DNA of 64,000 nucleotides from Callorhinchus milii (Eukaryota), in assembly GCF_018977255.1 (NCBI RefSeq), contig NW_024704742.1:123568001-123632000 (forward strand), read 5' to 3'. Position numbers and translations under genes: made by a program. The first letter of the stretch is position 1. Each line of letters opens with the position of its first letter. The notes below the pieces were generated by a model, which made no database searches, was not told the origin of the DNA, and was given only the letters and a program-made list of their open reading frames with translations. Below are positions 1 to 13,318 of the stretch, piece after piece.

Positions 1-2209
1 TGATTTAAATGTCAGATGAAGACATGATGGATGTTGGGAATGCTATCATTCCTATTCACCAGTTCCCCCAAGTCAAAGAGCCCAGACACACTTCCTGTGT
101 AAAGATCACATAGTCACCTTTGGCAGAGGTAACCAAAATCTGTCACCTATTGAATCTTACCCCCTTGCGGGACACTATCTTCAAGAGAGTATGGAAATAC
201 TGTAGCTATAAATCCATGTAGAGTCAAAACCTAAACTTTAAAGTAACCAATGCCATTTATTCAATGGCTTTATTATCCACCATAAAACAAGCCAATGCAC
301 TTTGAGCAACATTGTTTTAGTTGATCTTATTGGAAAGATTTAATGACTTTTTTTATTCATTATCTATTGTATTACATAATAGCCTCCAGCACAGTGATCA
401 AAGACTTACCTTTTTGGTTCTGTGGAGAATTTTTCCCTGAGAGCTTTAAAAGGTCACATGAACTCACAAAATTGAACATAAATCAATTGATTCACCTCAA
501 TGGCACAGCAACAATTCCCAGAATGAAATATGTCTCCAGTGAGTGAAATTAACATTCTTACAGAACAGTGTTCAATTCTCCTGAATAACAGCTGAAACCA
601 CAGCTGACCAGGAAGATAGCAGAATAGCAGGGCCAGCCGCATCACAGTAACATCACATGGCAGCTAAATAAAGTAGTTCCTGGTATTATCGTCTGTGTGG
701 ACCATCCCGAGTCAAACTAAGACTTTTGTTCAGTATCATAAATTCACATCCGTTCAAGGTTGTGAAGGACAATTTTAGGTCGGATACAAAGTGTCTTTAA
801 ACGGGTTAATTTACGTCTGGAATGGCTTACCCAGCGATCAGGGCACTGGCGTTATTTAAATTGGTGCTGGATGAGGTCAATTGGTTGAAAGGCCTTCCTT
901 CATTCCAAACCTCTTGCGATCCATTCATAATTACACCATTTGCCAGTTTGAAGCCACAGGCTTTGAAAATTTAAGCTGAATGAAACCTAATCTTGCTTTC
1001 TCCCATACTCTGCTGGCCGAGGTGGTAGCACTCTTGCCTCCGAGTCAGAAGATTGTGGGTTCAAGCCCCGTCTGGGGACATTGAGCTCACATTCCAACCG
1101 GATGCTCCAATGCAGTGCTGGAGATGCCACAGCTTTAAATGACTCTAAATCGCCAGTGCTACACTGCTGTGTTGTTGCAGGTCTGGTCCATGTTTTGGGT
1201 GAGACATCACATTTCTTTTGTGAAGATTTAAAGCCTGGTATTTTGGCCTCGCCCACCCGCACCCCCACTTCCTGGCAACCTGTTTCAGTCATTAATTGGG
1301 TCAAGAAATACTATCTAGTATCTGTCCTGAAGTTGTCCTTTGCAGCTCTAAACACCATGTCCTCTTGTTCCAGTGTCTTGGTGCATCCTAAGGTATTATT
1401 CTGTGTTTACTTTTTCACTGCGTTTAATTGTTGCTCGTAACTCAAGAGACTGATCTCCTGAGGGCTAGGTTGGGAAGCAAAGCATCAAGAATTGCTGGTT
1501 TTGCAAATCAACATGAATGGTCCAAATGTCAACGCTATCACCAAATGAGACTCAGAGCACACTGACGCTCATATCTCGCCCAATTAGGGAGAGGCTTCCT
1601 GAGCACCCGGTTAAGATGAATGACGTCAGAATGCTGAGTGATAAGTACAGCTTTCTTCACACGTAACAACCACATTATGGAAAAAAGGTTTGGACACCTG
1701 CCAGGGAGATAGCATCAGATGTTAATCACACTAATGCACATAGCTTCCTGGGTGGATTGGTATACTCCTGTCCAACTATGTGAATATTTGTAAGGACAGA
1801 AGTTGAAATGGATATAAATTTTTGTGTGTGTTATGTTAATGGTATTTGTCCACTCTGTAGTGACGAGGGTGCAGCAACATGCCAGGGTGCTGTCCGTACA
1901 GTACTGCTGTCCTACAAGCACAATGTTTTGTGTAAGCAGTTGCATAGATACTCTATCCAAATATTCATTCTAACCACATTGAGTTGACATTAAATTCTTT
2001 GCCCTGGAAAATGTGTGTGTGTGCGTATGTTTGTGGGTGTGTATTGGGAAAGGACAGGATTTGGCGCAATTATTTCCTTTCTTTGAATATCACAGGGATA
2101 TTTACATTCTTGTTGATAAGATACAATATGTTTTCAATGAGCACAGAATCATGGCAACAGTAAGGAGGCCTGTTAATCTTTACTGCCATGGGTGCAGAAT
2201 GTTAGAGTT

Positions 2210-2500
2210 ATAAATTTACGAAGGTTAGCAGAAGAAGAATCAAGGGAGAGTTCAGAACAAATTTCTTCACTGGGAGGGTGGTTAGGATGTGGAATTCATT
2301 ACCCCAAGTGGTGATTGAGGCTCGGTCAATAGAATGATTCAAAATGAAACTAGATAAGCACCTCAGAAGCAAATGGGATGGAGGAGAGCAGGAAAGTGGG
2401 ATCAATAAAAAAAGCACAACTTAAAATACAAGAGTTAGCAAATGGCACAGACTGAATGGGCCGAACTGCTTCTTTCTTTGCTGAAAAATTGTGTTCTGTG
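2210..2500 (+). mobile_element. CR1 3' fragment
   Basis: ttcttcactgggagggtggttaggatgtggaattcattaccc...gaatgggccgaactgc. Similar short CR1 ends at about 740-920(+), 8420-8555(+), 11575-11735(+), 42855-43210(+), 46390-46660(+), 49740-50010(-) and 56255-56490(-). Confidence 0.75.
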
Positions 2501-3155
2501 CTGATGATGAGGCTTTGCTGTGTGGCACAGGGTTGATTGATCCTAATGCAACAATCAGTTGAATGTAATCATAGGCTTCCAGTTCATCAGGATGGTTACC
2601 CAGCAATATTTAACTTCTGTTGCTTTGATCTTGTCACGTTTATCATCACTAGCATTTTAGAGCCAGTTTAAAAGGAATCAAAGTTCACACCTGTTTTTTT
2701 GAGGTTCAGTAAGTATTTGACTGATTCAAAATTTCAGACCATCCCTTTTAAACATGATGTCATTCATGTAAGCTTAAAAAAATTACAAACAAGTTTGGTC
2801 TTGTAGGAATTTTGTTGGTCTTTCTTAGAATGCCTTGTCGTTGCAGGTCAACAGAGAGGATCCCTAGATCCCTCTGGCCACAATTTCCACTTGTCCTGTA
2901 TTTGACCCAATTTGCAGCTCTTAACCATAGGATGTGCTGTGCATCCACAGAAACCTTAGAATAGAGTTTGAAAGGACCCAGGTTTGAAACCTTGGGCAAG
3001 TTTCCTTACTCCATATGCTTCTGTTTACTGAGCAGTAAATAGGAACCAGATTGGCAAATCGCATTCCAGGGATAAGAATCCTTCTAAAAAATGTTTATTA
3101 GGTATATTAGGTGAAGCGCTTTGAGACGTCTCAACAACATGATAAGGTATTACAT

Positions 3156-3471
3156 AATAAATAATAATAATAATCCTTGCATTTGATATAGCCCTTTTCA
3201 TGCCTTCAAGACGTATCAAAGCACTTCACAAAATATGCTGTAAAGTGAATTGACTGTATATTTGTGGGCGATACGCGGCAGCCAATTGCACACAGCAGTG
3301 TCCCACAAACAGGCGTGGGTTTACTGACCAAATTATTATTTTATTTTTTTCCTGAGGGATTATTATCAAGCATGTGAGTAAGGAAATTTGCCCAAGGTTT
3401 TGCCCTGCTGGGAATCAACTCGGGTCTCTCACTTGCGAGGCGAGCGCTCTAACCACTGAGCTGCAAGACTC
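3156..3471 (-). mobile_element. Young tRNA-derived Deu-domain SINE (family A), near full length
   Basis: Reverse complement shows an A/B-box tRNA-like head, core tgtttgtgggacactgctgtgtgcaattggctgcc and tail gctatatcaaatgcaaggattattatt. Confidence 0.9.
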
Positions 3472-5424
3472 TGTTTATATCAAATGCAAGGATTTTTATT
3501 AAAGCAGTTTTGCTGCATGAGTCTGCTCTCTGCCCGTCGTAAGAATTTTGGAGTAGAATTATTTTCGTTGATCTGTATTTAATGCAGCTGTGGAACCACT
3601 CCTTTTAGAACAGAAATTATGCTATACCCCCTACGGGCAATTAAACTGCGCAAAAGAAGGAAACACAGATTTTCAAACTTTTGTTATACAAATTCAAAGA
3701 GAGTACAAATGAAATACCATTGGGTTCAACTCTTAAGATTAATGCTCTTTAAATCCTGTACCCTTGGGAGTAGACAGATTAACTCAATTATGACCGTTGT
3801 GTGATTCAAATGTAGAAAATGCCTTTATTAATTACTGGTCGCATGTTGAGATTTTAACCCATTAGGTGTCAGATTGGTTCAATCAGTAGCACTCTTGCCT
3901 CTGGATTAGAAGGGTAAGCTCTCTGGGACTCTATCCCGCATGAAGGGCGCTATATAAATGCAAGTTGTTGTTCTTGTTGTTGCGTGATCAAACTCCATGT
4001 TGAGATTCGAGTACTGCTGGAGCCATGCATTGTCAGAGCTGATGTCTTTCAAATCAATTGTTTAAGCGAGATCCCAATTGTTTGTTCCATTGACATTAAA
4101 GATCCTGTAACAATTTCAAAAAACAGAAGGCAACTTCTCTTGATGTTGTGGCCAACAGTTTTCCCATATAAGAATCATTCACCCAGTGCCGTTTGTGGTA
4201 TGTCATTGCACCCAAAATGTCCATAGAAGATAGTCATCACTGCTGACAATAATTGCACGTGAAGCCCTTTGGGACTTTTTGACATATTAAGGAGCTCTGA
4301 AAAGTTTTCTTCTTTTATTTCAGAAAAGGCTGGAGTGTGTGTGGTTTGTGTGTATGTGACATCGGTGCACAATTCTTAAGGCAAAATAATTCCAAAGTGG
4401 CTTCAGAATTAATGCCCAATATTATGGGCAGACTCTCTGGAGAGCCTGCTCCTTTCCGAGTTGAGTTGAGTCTGATAAATTGTTACTTACGACAGTTGTG
4501 ATTCATACTGTGACCATTTTGTTTCACTTATTATAAAACAGCTCAATTAATGCCCAGAGCACAGTGTCCCCTGAGCGCTGTATGCAAGGTGCGATCTGCA
4601 TAATATCCTTTTAGTGTATTAGTGTGTTGAATACACAAAGAAGAGCCCAGTGTTTATAAGATGTATTGAGGGAATGTTCAAATAAATATAAACACAGGAG
4701 TTACAATTTACATCTTCTCAACATGTAAATCTGCAGAACATCCTTAAAGTTCTATTTAAAGCAGGTACAATCATTGTCCCTTCTATTCATATTGAAACTG
4801 TTTTATTTTCTTGCTTGTAGTTTTCAACCTGTCTAGATATATTTAACTGTTCATTAACTCTCCAAACCATGCTGTCTTTTCATACGTAGTTTTGTTTTAA
4901 TGTCTCACCTTTGCTGTCTGTATTTTTAAAAGTTAAATCATTCTCCTCTGACAATGGTTCTCTGCATTAATCCCAAACCAAGAGGTCAGAGAATCTGTAG
5001 AAGCGTTAAATCCTTCCAAGTTGTCCAGTGCGAGAGATGTCAATTGCTGGACTTCCTTCTAATACTTTCACCAAAATTATGGCTTTTTTTAATATATACT
5101 GTACTCTAGAGATTGAGCTGTGCTACTTGATAGTGGTTTAGGTTGGTTCTGAACACGCATTTGTAAACAATGATGTGAAACTTCACTGATAGCTCAGGGT
5201 TAGGTGTAAATGGATACCCTGCCTTACATGGTATTGATTTATGCAGGCTGGGAAGGAATCTTAGTTTATACTGCATTAGCTGATCACAGCAGTGGTTGTG
5301 CCAGACAATGCTAAAGTTCAGTGAAAGTACGACTTGGAAGGCCCGCTTCTTGTAATTGATTACTACCGGCATAAGACCAAGATTTAAGACAGTGTTGGAT
5401 TATGGACGTGCTGATTCGGAATTT

Positions 5425-6023
5425 GTCATTCTGATTAAAAAGGCCCACATTAAGCCACTTGTGGACCTTTTGTACTATGCATGCAAAATATGCTACAATA
5501 CCTTTTTAAAATGCTTTCATGGCTTCATAGTTGTAAACATGTCAACTACATGATCAAAACTTGGTGTATGTGTCAAGTCGTGCTCGATAGACAGGATTAC
5601 GAGTGCATTCAATCCATTCTGGATCATTATAGATGAGTTTTTGATCTGACTCGTCTTTGAGAACGAGAGTTCACCTTCAGACTGTTACTGGTCGTGTTAA
5701 GAACATACAAAAAGGAACTGCCACATGTGGCAATGTTGACTCCCACCAAGTGATTCTGTTTCACATACTTTAGCAATTCTTGTGGAGTTTTCTCAAATTC
5801 AATATATGATTTGAAATCTAGAACGTGCACATATTCATCAACACTGTCTGCATCAAAATCTTTTTTCTGCGCCACTAACACGTGGCTCCTGCTCTCAATG
5901 CTTCCTCTTACCTTCAACTCCACCTCCCTTCCCGTCACTTTCCATGCTGACCCACGTGGCGTTAATCATATCCTGGAGGCCCTAAACCATGGTTTACTTG
6001 GTTTATTGGTTAATCTGGCCCCA
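5425..6023 (-). mobile_element. Second copy of the same hAT element, different internal deletion
   Basis: 5430-5740 is a reverse-complement match to about 52960-53250. 5960-6023 matches the left end (tggggccagattaaccaataaaccaagtaaaccatggtttagggcc). The right boundary is uncertain. Confidence 0.8.
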
Positions 6024-8851
6024 CTGGAAAAAATAACAGTGATAAGTGGAGGTTAGATTTTGAGAGAAATCTGATCCTCCCTTTAACTGGGTAATACAAT
6101 AGACTGAATGACCTTTATTCATTTCTGCTCTGTTCTTTTGCTCGACAAGATGACAGCTGGGAACTGCAGAAGCATTAAAGCTGTAATGAGATGGTCTTCG
6201 AGGTTCACAGTTTCACAATAAACCAAACAGAACCGTGGTTATTTATACAGCCATTTACAATAGTTTTCTCTTATAAGGCTTCATCTATCCAGTGACTTAG
6301 TTCTAGTTTTTAAACTGGAATGGAGACAAAAGTCCAGGACAATCCTCTTACAATGTGATGTGTTAGTTTCATAAAAACCCTGCACTACAAAAGATGAACC
6401 ATTAAAATGTACTTTCTAGCAAGCCAAAACATTTCCTGCAAGCGATTGATGTATGCAGTGGTTCTGTTATATCCTTAAAGCAAAATATATAAACCATCTA
6501 TATAGATATATAACTCCATCTCACAGTTTATTTGAATTTTTCCTAGTTGGGAACCACAAATGACATCCTGCCTTCAAATGTCTAGTGATTGTTGTTTGAG
6601 CAACAGTTTTATCAGCTCATTTATAGGAACGGGGGCAGACAGCTCAACATATTGGCTCTATAGGAGCTTGGATGTGTCAATGTAACTGTGTAAAAGGGCT
6701 GCCTGCCCATATATCTTCTCTATAAAATGCAATCAGAGCTGCACAGTTCTGGATGGTAAACAGTTTGAACTGGATTGAATCTGCCACAGCCTGATGCAAA
6801 AAATGAAAAAATATGTCAATTCATGAAGTTGAAGTCATTATTAATATCAGAAGAGGCTGCTGGAAATCCAGATTAGGGGCTTAATAAAATTTGGGATAGT
6901 CCCATGGCACAGAGATGTTAAGTCACATAAAATTCCTTTTTATTAGATAACGACTATGTGCTAAAGCTAGTTGTTTAGCTTCATTACAATTAATGTCTGG
7001 ACCGATTTAATGTATGTCTGTAGAAGGTATTTTGTTTTAACTTGACTCAGGGTCTGGAGACTGCAATTAGTGGAAAATGTTTGGAGCTGAAGGCTCTTGA
7101 CGACGCCGCATAACGATACCTTCAATAACAATCTGGGACATCTTGTCATAACCCTAAGAAGGTTCCTATGACAACTGTTACCTGCTACTGCACTCGTACA
7201 TAAACAGAATGATCAGCAAATCACCCAGTGACTCAGTGTATAATTGCACTAAGTGGTGGTATCAGGGAGGTCCCAGATACAGATATAGCTGCTGCATTGA
7301 ATTAGCTGATCTCAATCTGGGCAAATATCGCCCTCAAAGTCCATATGCAGGGTTAGGGTAGTCAATTAATTCTTCAGCCCCATTATTCAATGACATGCTG
7401 GAAAATGCACGGGTTTTAAATGAGGATAGGTTTTTGACTCAGCTCTGATTGTTCTCTTGGCACCAGAAGCCCACCACCACTCATGTTCAGTCTCACACAT
7501 ACATATTGACTTGTGCTATTACTGTTCCTCACCATAAATTACTGCTAAATGCACATCATCTGCATCTATTAATTGGCACGAGCCCCACTTGCAAATAAGG
7601 AAACGTTTCAGATAATTAGTTTTCATGCAGAATACAAATCGACTTCCCAAAGAATTCTTCCATCGGGATCTTGCAGACTTTGAATTAGTAATGAAACCAT
7701 ATTGATACAACGATACATAAAATTCACCATTGTCTCGGCACAGATGAGGAGCACAGAATATAGACTTCTAAAAACGACAGTTTGAGAGAAACCTCAGTTG
7801 GTGCTAGTTCATTCACTGGAGATAGCTGATCTTATCCTGCATTTCCCCCGATCTTATTTGTATTCTTCGTCATTAAATGTTGTTATGGCTGTGATCTCAA
7901 ACACTAGGATAAAACATTCCACATGCTGATAATCTGTGTGCGTGTAAAAAAAAAACTTTTTTTTCTACACTCCCCTTAACTCCTTTAATGACTTATAGTG
8001 ATCTTACCAAATTGGCTTTCACTGTCTATCCTCTACAATTCTTTAACAATTTTGAAAACATCTCTGTTCAATCCCCTCATTATGTTATTCTGTCCCAACA
8101 TAAAAAGATGCAATTTCTTGAGCCTATGGTCATAAATGTAAGTCCTCAGCCCTGCATTAGTTGATTGATGGATAGGTGGGATTGTTTTTCCTTTCCATTT
8201 GATATTACCAGGCCTGAGGGCAGTTTTCTTCTGTGGTTTCATGTCTCCTGGGAACCTAATCCAGGCAGTTTAAACTAATTTTGCTTCCTGTATGTGACCC
8301 ATAATAAGCATCAAACAAATTACCACAAGTTAATTTCTCATTGCTTAACGTGTCTGACGTGATCTGACGCAGCTTTGTGAATCAACATCTGCAGACACGT
8401 TCATCAACTAGATAAATACCTAAAAAGGAGTGAACTACAGGGATAGGGGGAAAGGGCATGTAAATGGGACTGAAAAAATGCTCTTAATAGAGCCAGCACG
8501 GATACAATGGGCCAATTGGCCTTCTTGTGCTGTAAATTTCTATGGATCTATGACTCTGGCCAGAGAAGCATCCAGAGGTCTGAATTCCCCTGCTGTGTTT
8601 TACACATCTCCCAAGTCGAGAGCGATGTTAAAAGCTTGGAACTCTGCGATAATACAATATACATTTATACAGCGCTTTTCACGTCGGGAGGATGTCTCAA
8701 AGCATTTAACACTGCTGGCTAGACATCTAAGCTGAGAGTGGAAGCCAACAGGGCGTGAGAGAGGGGAAACAGACCACAATGGTGCAAATCTTTTATTGTT
8801 AAAAGGTTCAAGAAGTGACTAAAATGTGCTGTACGATTTATTTATCATAAT

Positions 8852-9167
8852 GGAGTCCTGTAGCTCAGTGGTTAGAGCACTCGCGTTGCAAGTGAGACAC
8901 TTGGGTTCAATTCCAGGCAGGGCGAAACCTTGGGCAAGTTTCCTTACTCCACACGCCTAATAATAATAATCCCTTCGAAACAAAACAATAATAAATTGTT
9001 CAGTTTCAATCCACGACTGTTTGTGGGACATTGCTGTGTGCAATTGGCTGCTGTTTTTCGCCCACAAATATACGGTCAATTCACTTTACAGTCTATTCTG
9101 TGAAGCGCTTTGAGACGTCTAGAAGACGTGAAAAGTGCTATATCAAATGCAAAGATTCTTATTATTA
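8852..9167 (+). mobile_element. SINE family A, full length, sense
   Basis: Head ggagtcctgtagctcagtggttagagc (A box) and ggttcaattcc (B box), Deu-like core, (TTA)n tail. Confidence 0.93.
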
Positions 9168-9544
9168 CAGCCAATTTGATTTATAAACAACGAATGGTCA
9201 CACCGGCTTTCTGCTAGAAACGTTGCTGTTTGTATCAATCAGGAGAAAAAATTACGATGCCAGTGTTTTTTTAACATTACAGTGATTGTGATAATTTTTT
9301 TAAAAAACAAAATATACATATTTATTGATAATAGAATATGTGTTTACACTTGCATTGCAAAGTTCCCACAACAGAAAGGAAAAATGCAACGCTTTAATAT
9401 CCCATTATGATACGCAACACAAAAGCACCCCTGCCTCAGGATGTTGCTGCCCTTTATAATGAGCCTATTGAGCTCCTAAAACTGCCAAGGACTTAGTAGT
9501 AATTGAACAACAAACTGTTTGCAACTCTTGGCTGATTGGTGGCT

Positions 9545-9825
9545 GGATCAAAATCCTGGTCCTCACCTACAAAGCCCTCCATGGCCTCGCCCCACCCTAT
9601 CTCTGTGACCTCCTAACCCCCTACCAACCCGCCCGCTCCCTCCACTCAGCTGGCTCTGGCCTGCTCCACGTCCCCCGACCCACCAGCCCCACCATTGGTG
9701 GGAGAGCCTTCAGCTACTCTGTCCCCAACCTCTGGAACTCTATCCCCCAATCACTCTGCCTCGTCGCCTCCTTCAAGTCCCGCCTCAAAACCCTCCTCTT
9801 CGACCATGCCTTCCCCTCCCCTCCC
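9545..9825 (+). mobile_element. L2 LINE fragment
   Basis: atcaaaatcctggtcctcacctacaaagccctccatggcctcgccccaccctatctc (IKILVLTYKALHGLAPPYL), homologous to 17942-18556. Confidence 0.85.
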
Positions 9826-9969
9826 TTCTTATTAGGGTAATTATGACTGGACCAGGATACCAGGAAGGATGATTCAGGTAACAATGTTGGACTGCTTTGA
9901 AAAAGCATTTGATGCTGGGATGGAAGGATGGTAGAGTGGGTATTCTGGAAAGATGAGATCAAAGGGTCT

Positions 9970-10276
9970 TAATAATAATAATAATCCTTGCATTTGATGT
10001 AGCGCTTTTCACATCTTCTAGACGTCTCAAAGCGCTTCACAGAATATACTGTAAAGTGAATTGACTGTATATTTGTGGGCAACACGGCAGCCAATTGCGT
10101 ACAGCAGTGTCCACAAACAGTCGTGGCTTGAAGTGACCAATTACTTTTTTTCTTGAGGGATTATTATCAGGCGTGTGGAGTAAGGAAACTTGCCCAAGGT
10201 TTCGCCCTGCCGGGACTCGAACCCAGGTCTCTCGTTTGCAAGGCGAGTGCTCTAACCACTGAGCTACAGGACTCCA
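9970..10276 (-). mobile_element. SINE family A, full length
   Basis: Reverse-complement match to 8852-9167 over its whole length. Confidence 0.93.
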
Positions 10277-12216
10277 CGCCTTTTTCATAAAGAACAATTC
10301 TGAGAAATGTTGTGTTGAATGAACTGAAAGCGCTGATAAAATTTTAGCCAAAGTGAGAAATTAGAAAAACAAAACATATAAAAGGAACCTAATACGCAAT
10401 ACATCTACGTAACTTGGCTTCGACTTAATATCCAGCCCCTTATGATGCACTACACAATAAGAGTATCCACTTATCCTTTTGTAGAGTTATTGACGGACAT
10501 TAAAGGAGAAAGTAACTGGAGGAAAGGGTAGGTCTCCAGAAGGGCCTGGCTTCATAGGGCGAGAGCATCAATGACCCGAATAGTCTGACTCAATGATCTC
10601 CTCTGGTCGGACTTTGTCTCAGTTTGACAAGCTCTCTGCAGCCTATCAAACTCAGCACTAGATGTGATACTGCTGAGGCAAAGAGAGTCCAGGTCACAGG
10701 CTGGCTCAGATCACACATGTGTTTTCTCAGGTGCTGCTTTACATATCCTGACAATCTGAGAGAAACCGTCCCAATTTTTCTTTTCTGCATAAAAGAAATC
10801 CCTGCCTGCCGATCACCGAGTGCCAGTTTTGGCCAAACCAACTGTGGCTTCAGCTACTCAGCATCTTATTGAGCTCATCCATAAAGGCTCAACACAAGCC
10901 ACAATTTTTTTTATTCAATGCTGAATTACTTCTGAAAATAACTGTCTCACTTGCAAAGAAAAATCTGCACCCAATTCCCTTTAATTACTGAGATGTGCAA
11001 AGTGTTTTTCTTATGCCTTTAAGAAATGTCTGTCAACCGTGTGGGTGTGACTAGGGTTACAACCTCTCTTGCTGTGGTCCACCTCCTACCGCAAGGTCAG
11101 ACATTCAATCCAAAAGTAAAGACAATCAAACTCCACATGACTCAGCCCGAGTCAGCATCTCACTAATTAAACTCAATTTGCTGTTTGCCCCCCTCCCCCA
11201 CCCTCACCCGCTCCCTAAGCTACGGTTATTTTGGGAAATAGTTTAGAATTAAATGAGAAAATTGTAAAGTTCTTGTACTTTAATATCCAGTCACCCTCCT
11301 GATGCAATTTGCAAGCAACACAGACATTCCAGCCCTTGGCAGAGTTGCTGTCAGACATTGGAGGAAATAGAAAGTCTGTACAACAACCACAACAACTTGC
11401 ATTTATATAATGCCCTTCATGCGGGGCAGGTCTCGGAGCGCTTAACTGTGACATAGCCCTACGCCGAGCTGGTGAGAGGGAGGATGTGACCAAAAGCATA
11501 GGGAAGGGCAGGAGGCTGCAGGCAAAGTGAAAACTAACTTTATGTTATATTTCTGGTGATCAGGGGACACAGGCTAAGACTGATAGATTTTTAAAAAAAT
11601 AGAGGGATTAGGGGATATGGGGATAGGGCAGGTAATTAGAGTTAGGTCTGAAGATCAGCCATGATCTTATCAAATGGCAGGGCAGGCTCGAGGGGCTGAA
11701 TGGCCTACTCCTGCTCCTAATTCTAATGTTCTTGTGACCTAGGACATTGCTGTGTTGTAAGTGCTAAGTGTCCATTTTGTATTTCTGACATGGGAGTGTC
11801 ATAGACCAGCAGTTCCCAGCATAAGGTGTGGCCACTTCTAAGACGGGAATCTTATGGTATCAGCACATAATAAACGTATTCTAATTTCCAGCAAAAAATA
11901 TACAAATTTCCTCCCACACAGACAATGTACATCCACATAAACCCTTGAAGGAAGATGAGTGATCTCAAGAGATGGGAAGGCAGGCTGCTGGGCCAAAGGT
12001 CAGATGCAGAACCTTGACAGTGCTCAGAGATGCTGCCTCCACAAAATATACAGTCAATTCACTTTTCAATAAAAATAATAATACTTGCATTTGATATGGC
12101 ACCTAATTACGTCTTTGAGACGTCTCAAAGCGCTTCACAGAATATATACTGTAAAGTGAATTGACACTATTTTGTTGGCAAAACTCTTCATATAATGCAG
12201 TGGGATCTTTAACATT

Positions 12217-12524
12217 AATAATAATAATAATAATCCTTGCATTTGACATAGCGCTTTTCACGTCTCAAAGCGCTTCACAGAACACACTGTAAAGTGAATT
12301 GATTGTATATTTGTGGGCGAACGCGGCAGCCAATTGCGCACAGCAATGTCCCACAAACAGTCGTAGATTGAAAATGACCAATTTATTATTGTTTTTGGTT
12401 TTGGAGGGATTATTATTAGGCGTGTGGAGTAAGGAAACTTGCCCAAGGTTTCATCCTGCCTGGAATTGAACCCAGGTGTCTCGCTTGCAAAGCGAGTGCT
12501 CTAACCACTGAGCTACAGGACTCC
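12217..12524 (-). mobile_element. SINE family A, full length, inserted in an older SINE
   Basis: Full head and tail, flanked by ACATT at 12212-12216 and 12525-12529. Confidence 0.92.
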
Positions 12525-13137
12525 ACATTCACCTGTAGGCAGGTGAGACCTTGGTTTTACCAGCAGGATTCTGTAGTCGAGTGAATCCCATTGTGAACTA
12601 CTGCTTCATCGGGCCCTTGTCATACAAGAGAAATGCGTTGGAACCATTTAATGCACCATTCCCTTTCTCACCACCTCATGTGCCTTATGGTTCAATTTGA
12701 CAGTTTTACTGACTGTGAAGTTCACTTAACATGCAGCAGAAACACACTCACACGTGCAGATATTTCAGTCTGGAAAGAATCAATAGTGACAGGTCCCTGA
12801 ATATGCATAGGCTTTATACAAGAGGGAAGATTCAATGAATGAGTGACTGAAACTAGCACCTAGAGAAGAGAGTAATACATATGGGAAATGCGAGGGAGGT
12901 AAGACTAATGAATAGCAAGGGAAGAAGAGAAAGTATGCATTTTATAATAATAATCCCTACATTTGATTTTAATGGAATGACCCCCATTTGAATTCTTTTT
13001 GACGCTGGTGGACACTGTTTAAACCAGATTTACAGGAGAGAAAACTGAGCAGGTGAAAGATATTTGGAAATGGAAGAATTGTCAGAATACAGGCGGGTTT
13101 TGTTGAAAAATGAACTTTGCAACGTAAGTTCCTTAAA

Positions 13138-13318
13138 AAAATAATAAATTGGTCACTTCAATCCACGATTGTTTGTGGGACACTGCTGTGCGCAATTGGC
13201 TGCCACTTTTCGCCCACAAATATACAGTCAATTCACTTTACAGTATATTCTGGGAAGCGCTTTGAGACGTCTCAAAGACGTGATAAGGTGCTATATCAAA
13301 TGCAAGGATTGTTATTAT
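13138..13318 (+). mobile_element. SINE family A, 5'-truncated
   Basis: Core and tail only (aataaattggtcacttcaatccacg...caaatgcaaggattgttatt). Confidence 0.88.

Noticed and set aside
8852..8925. tRNA-Ala(TGC)-like gene (A box, B box, ctcgc/gcgag anticodon stem in the best copies)
   Set aside because: It is the head of a multi-copy SINE, runs straight into the SINE body and lacks a proper acceptor stem.
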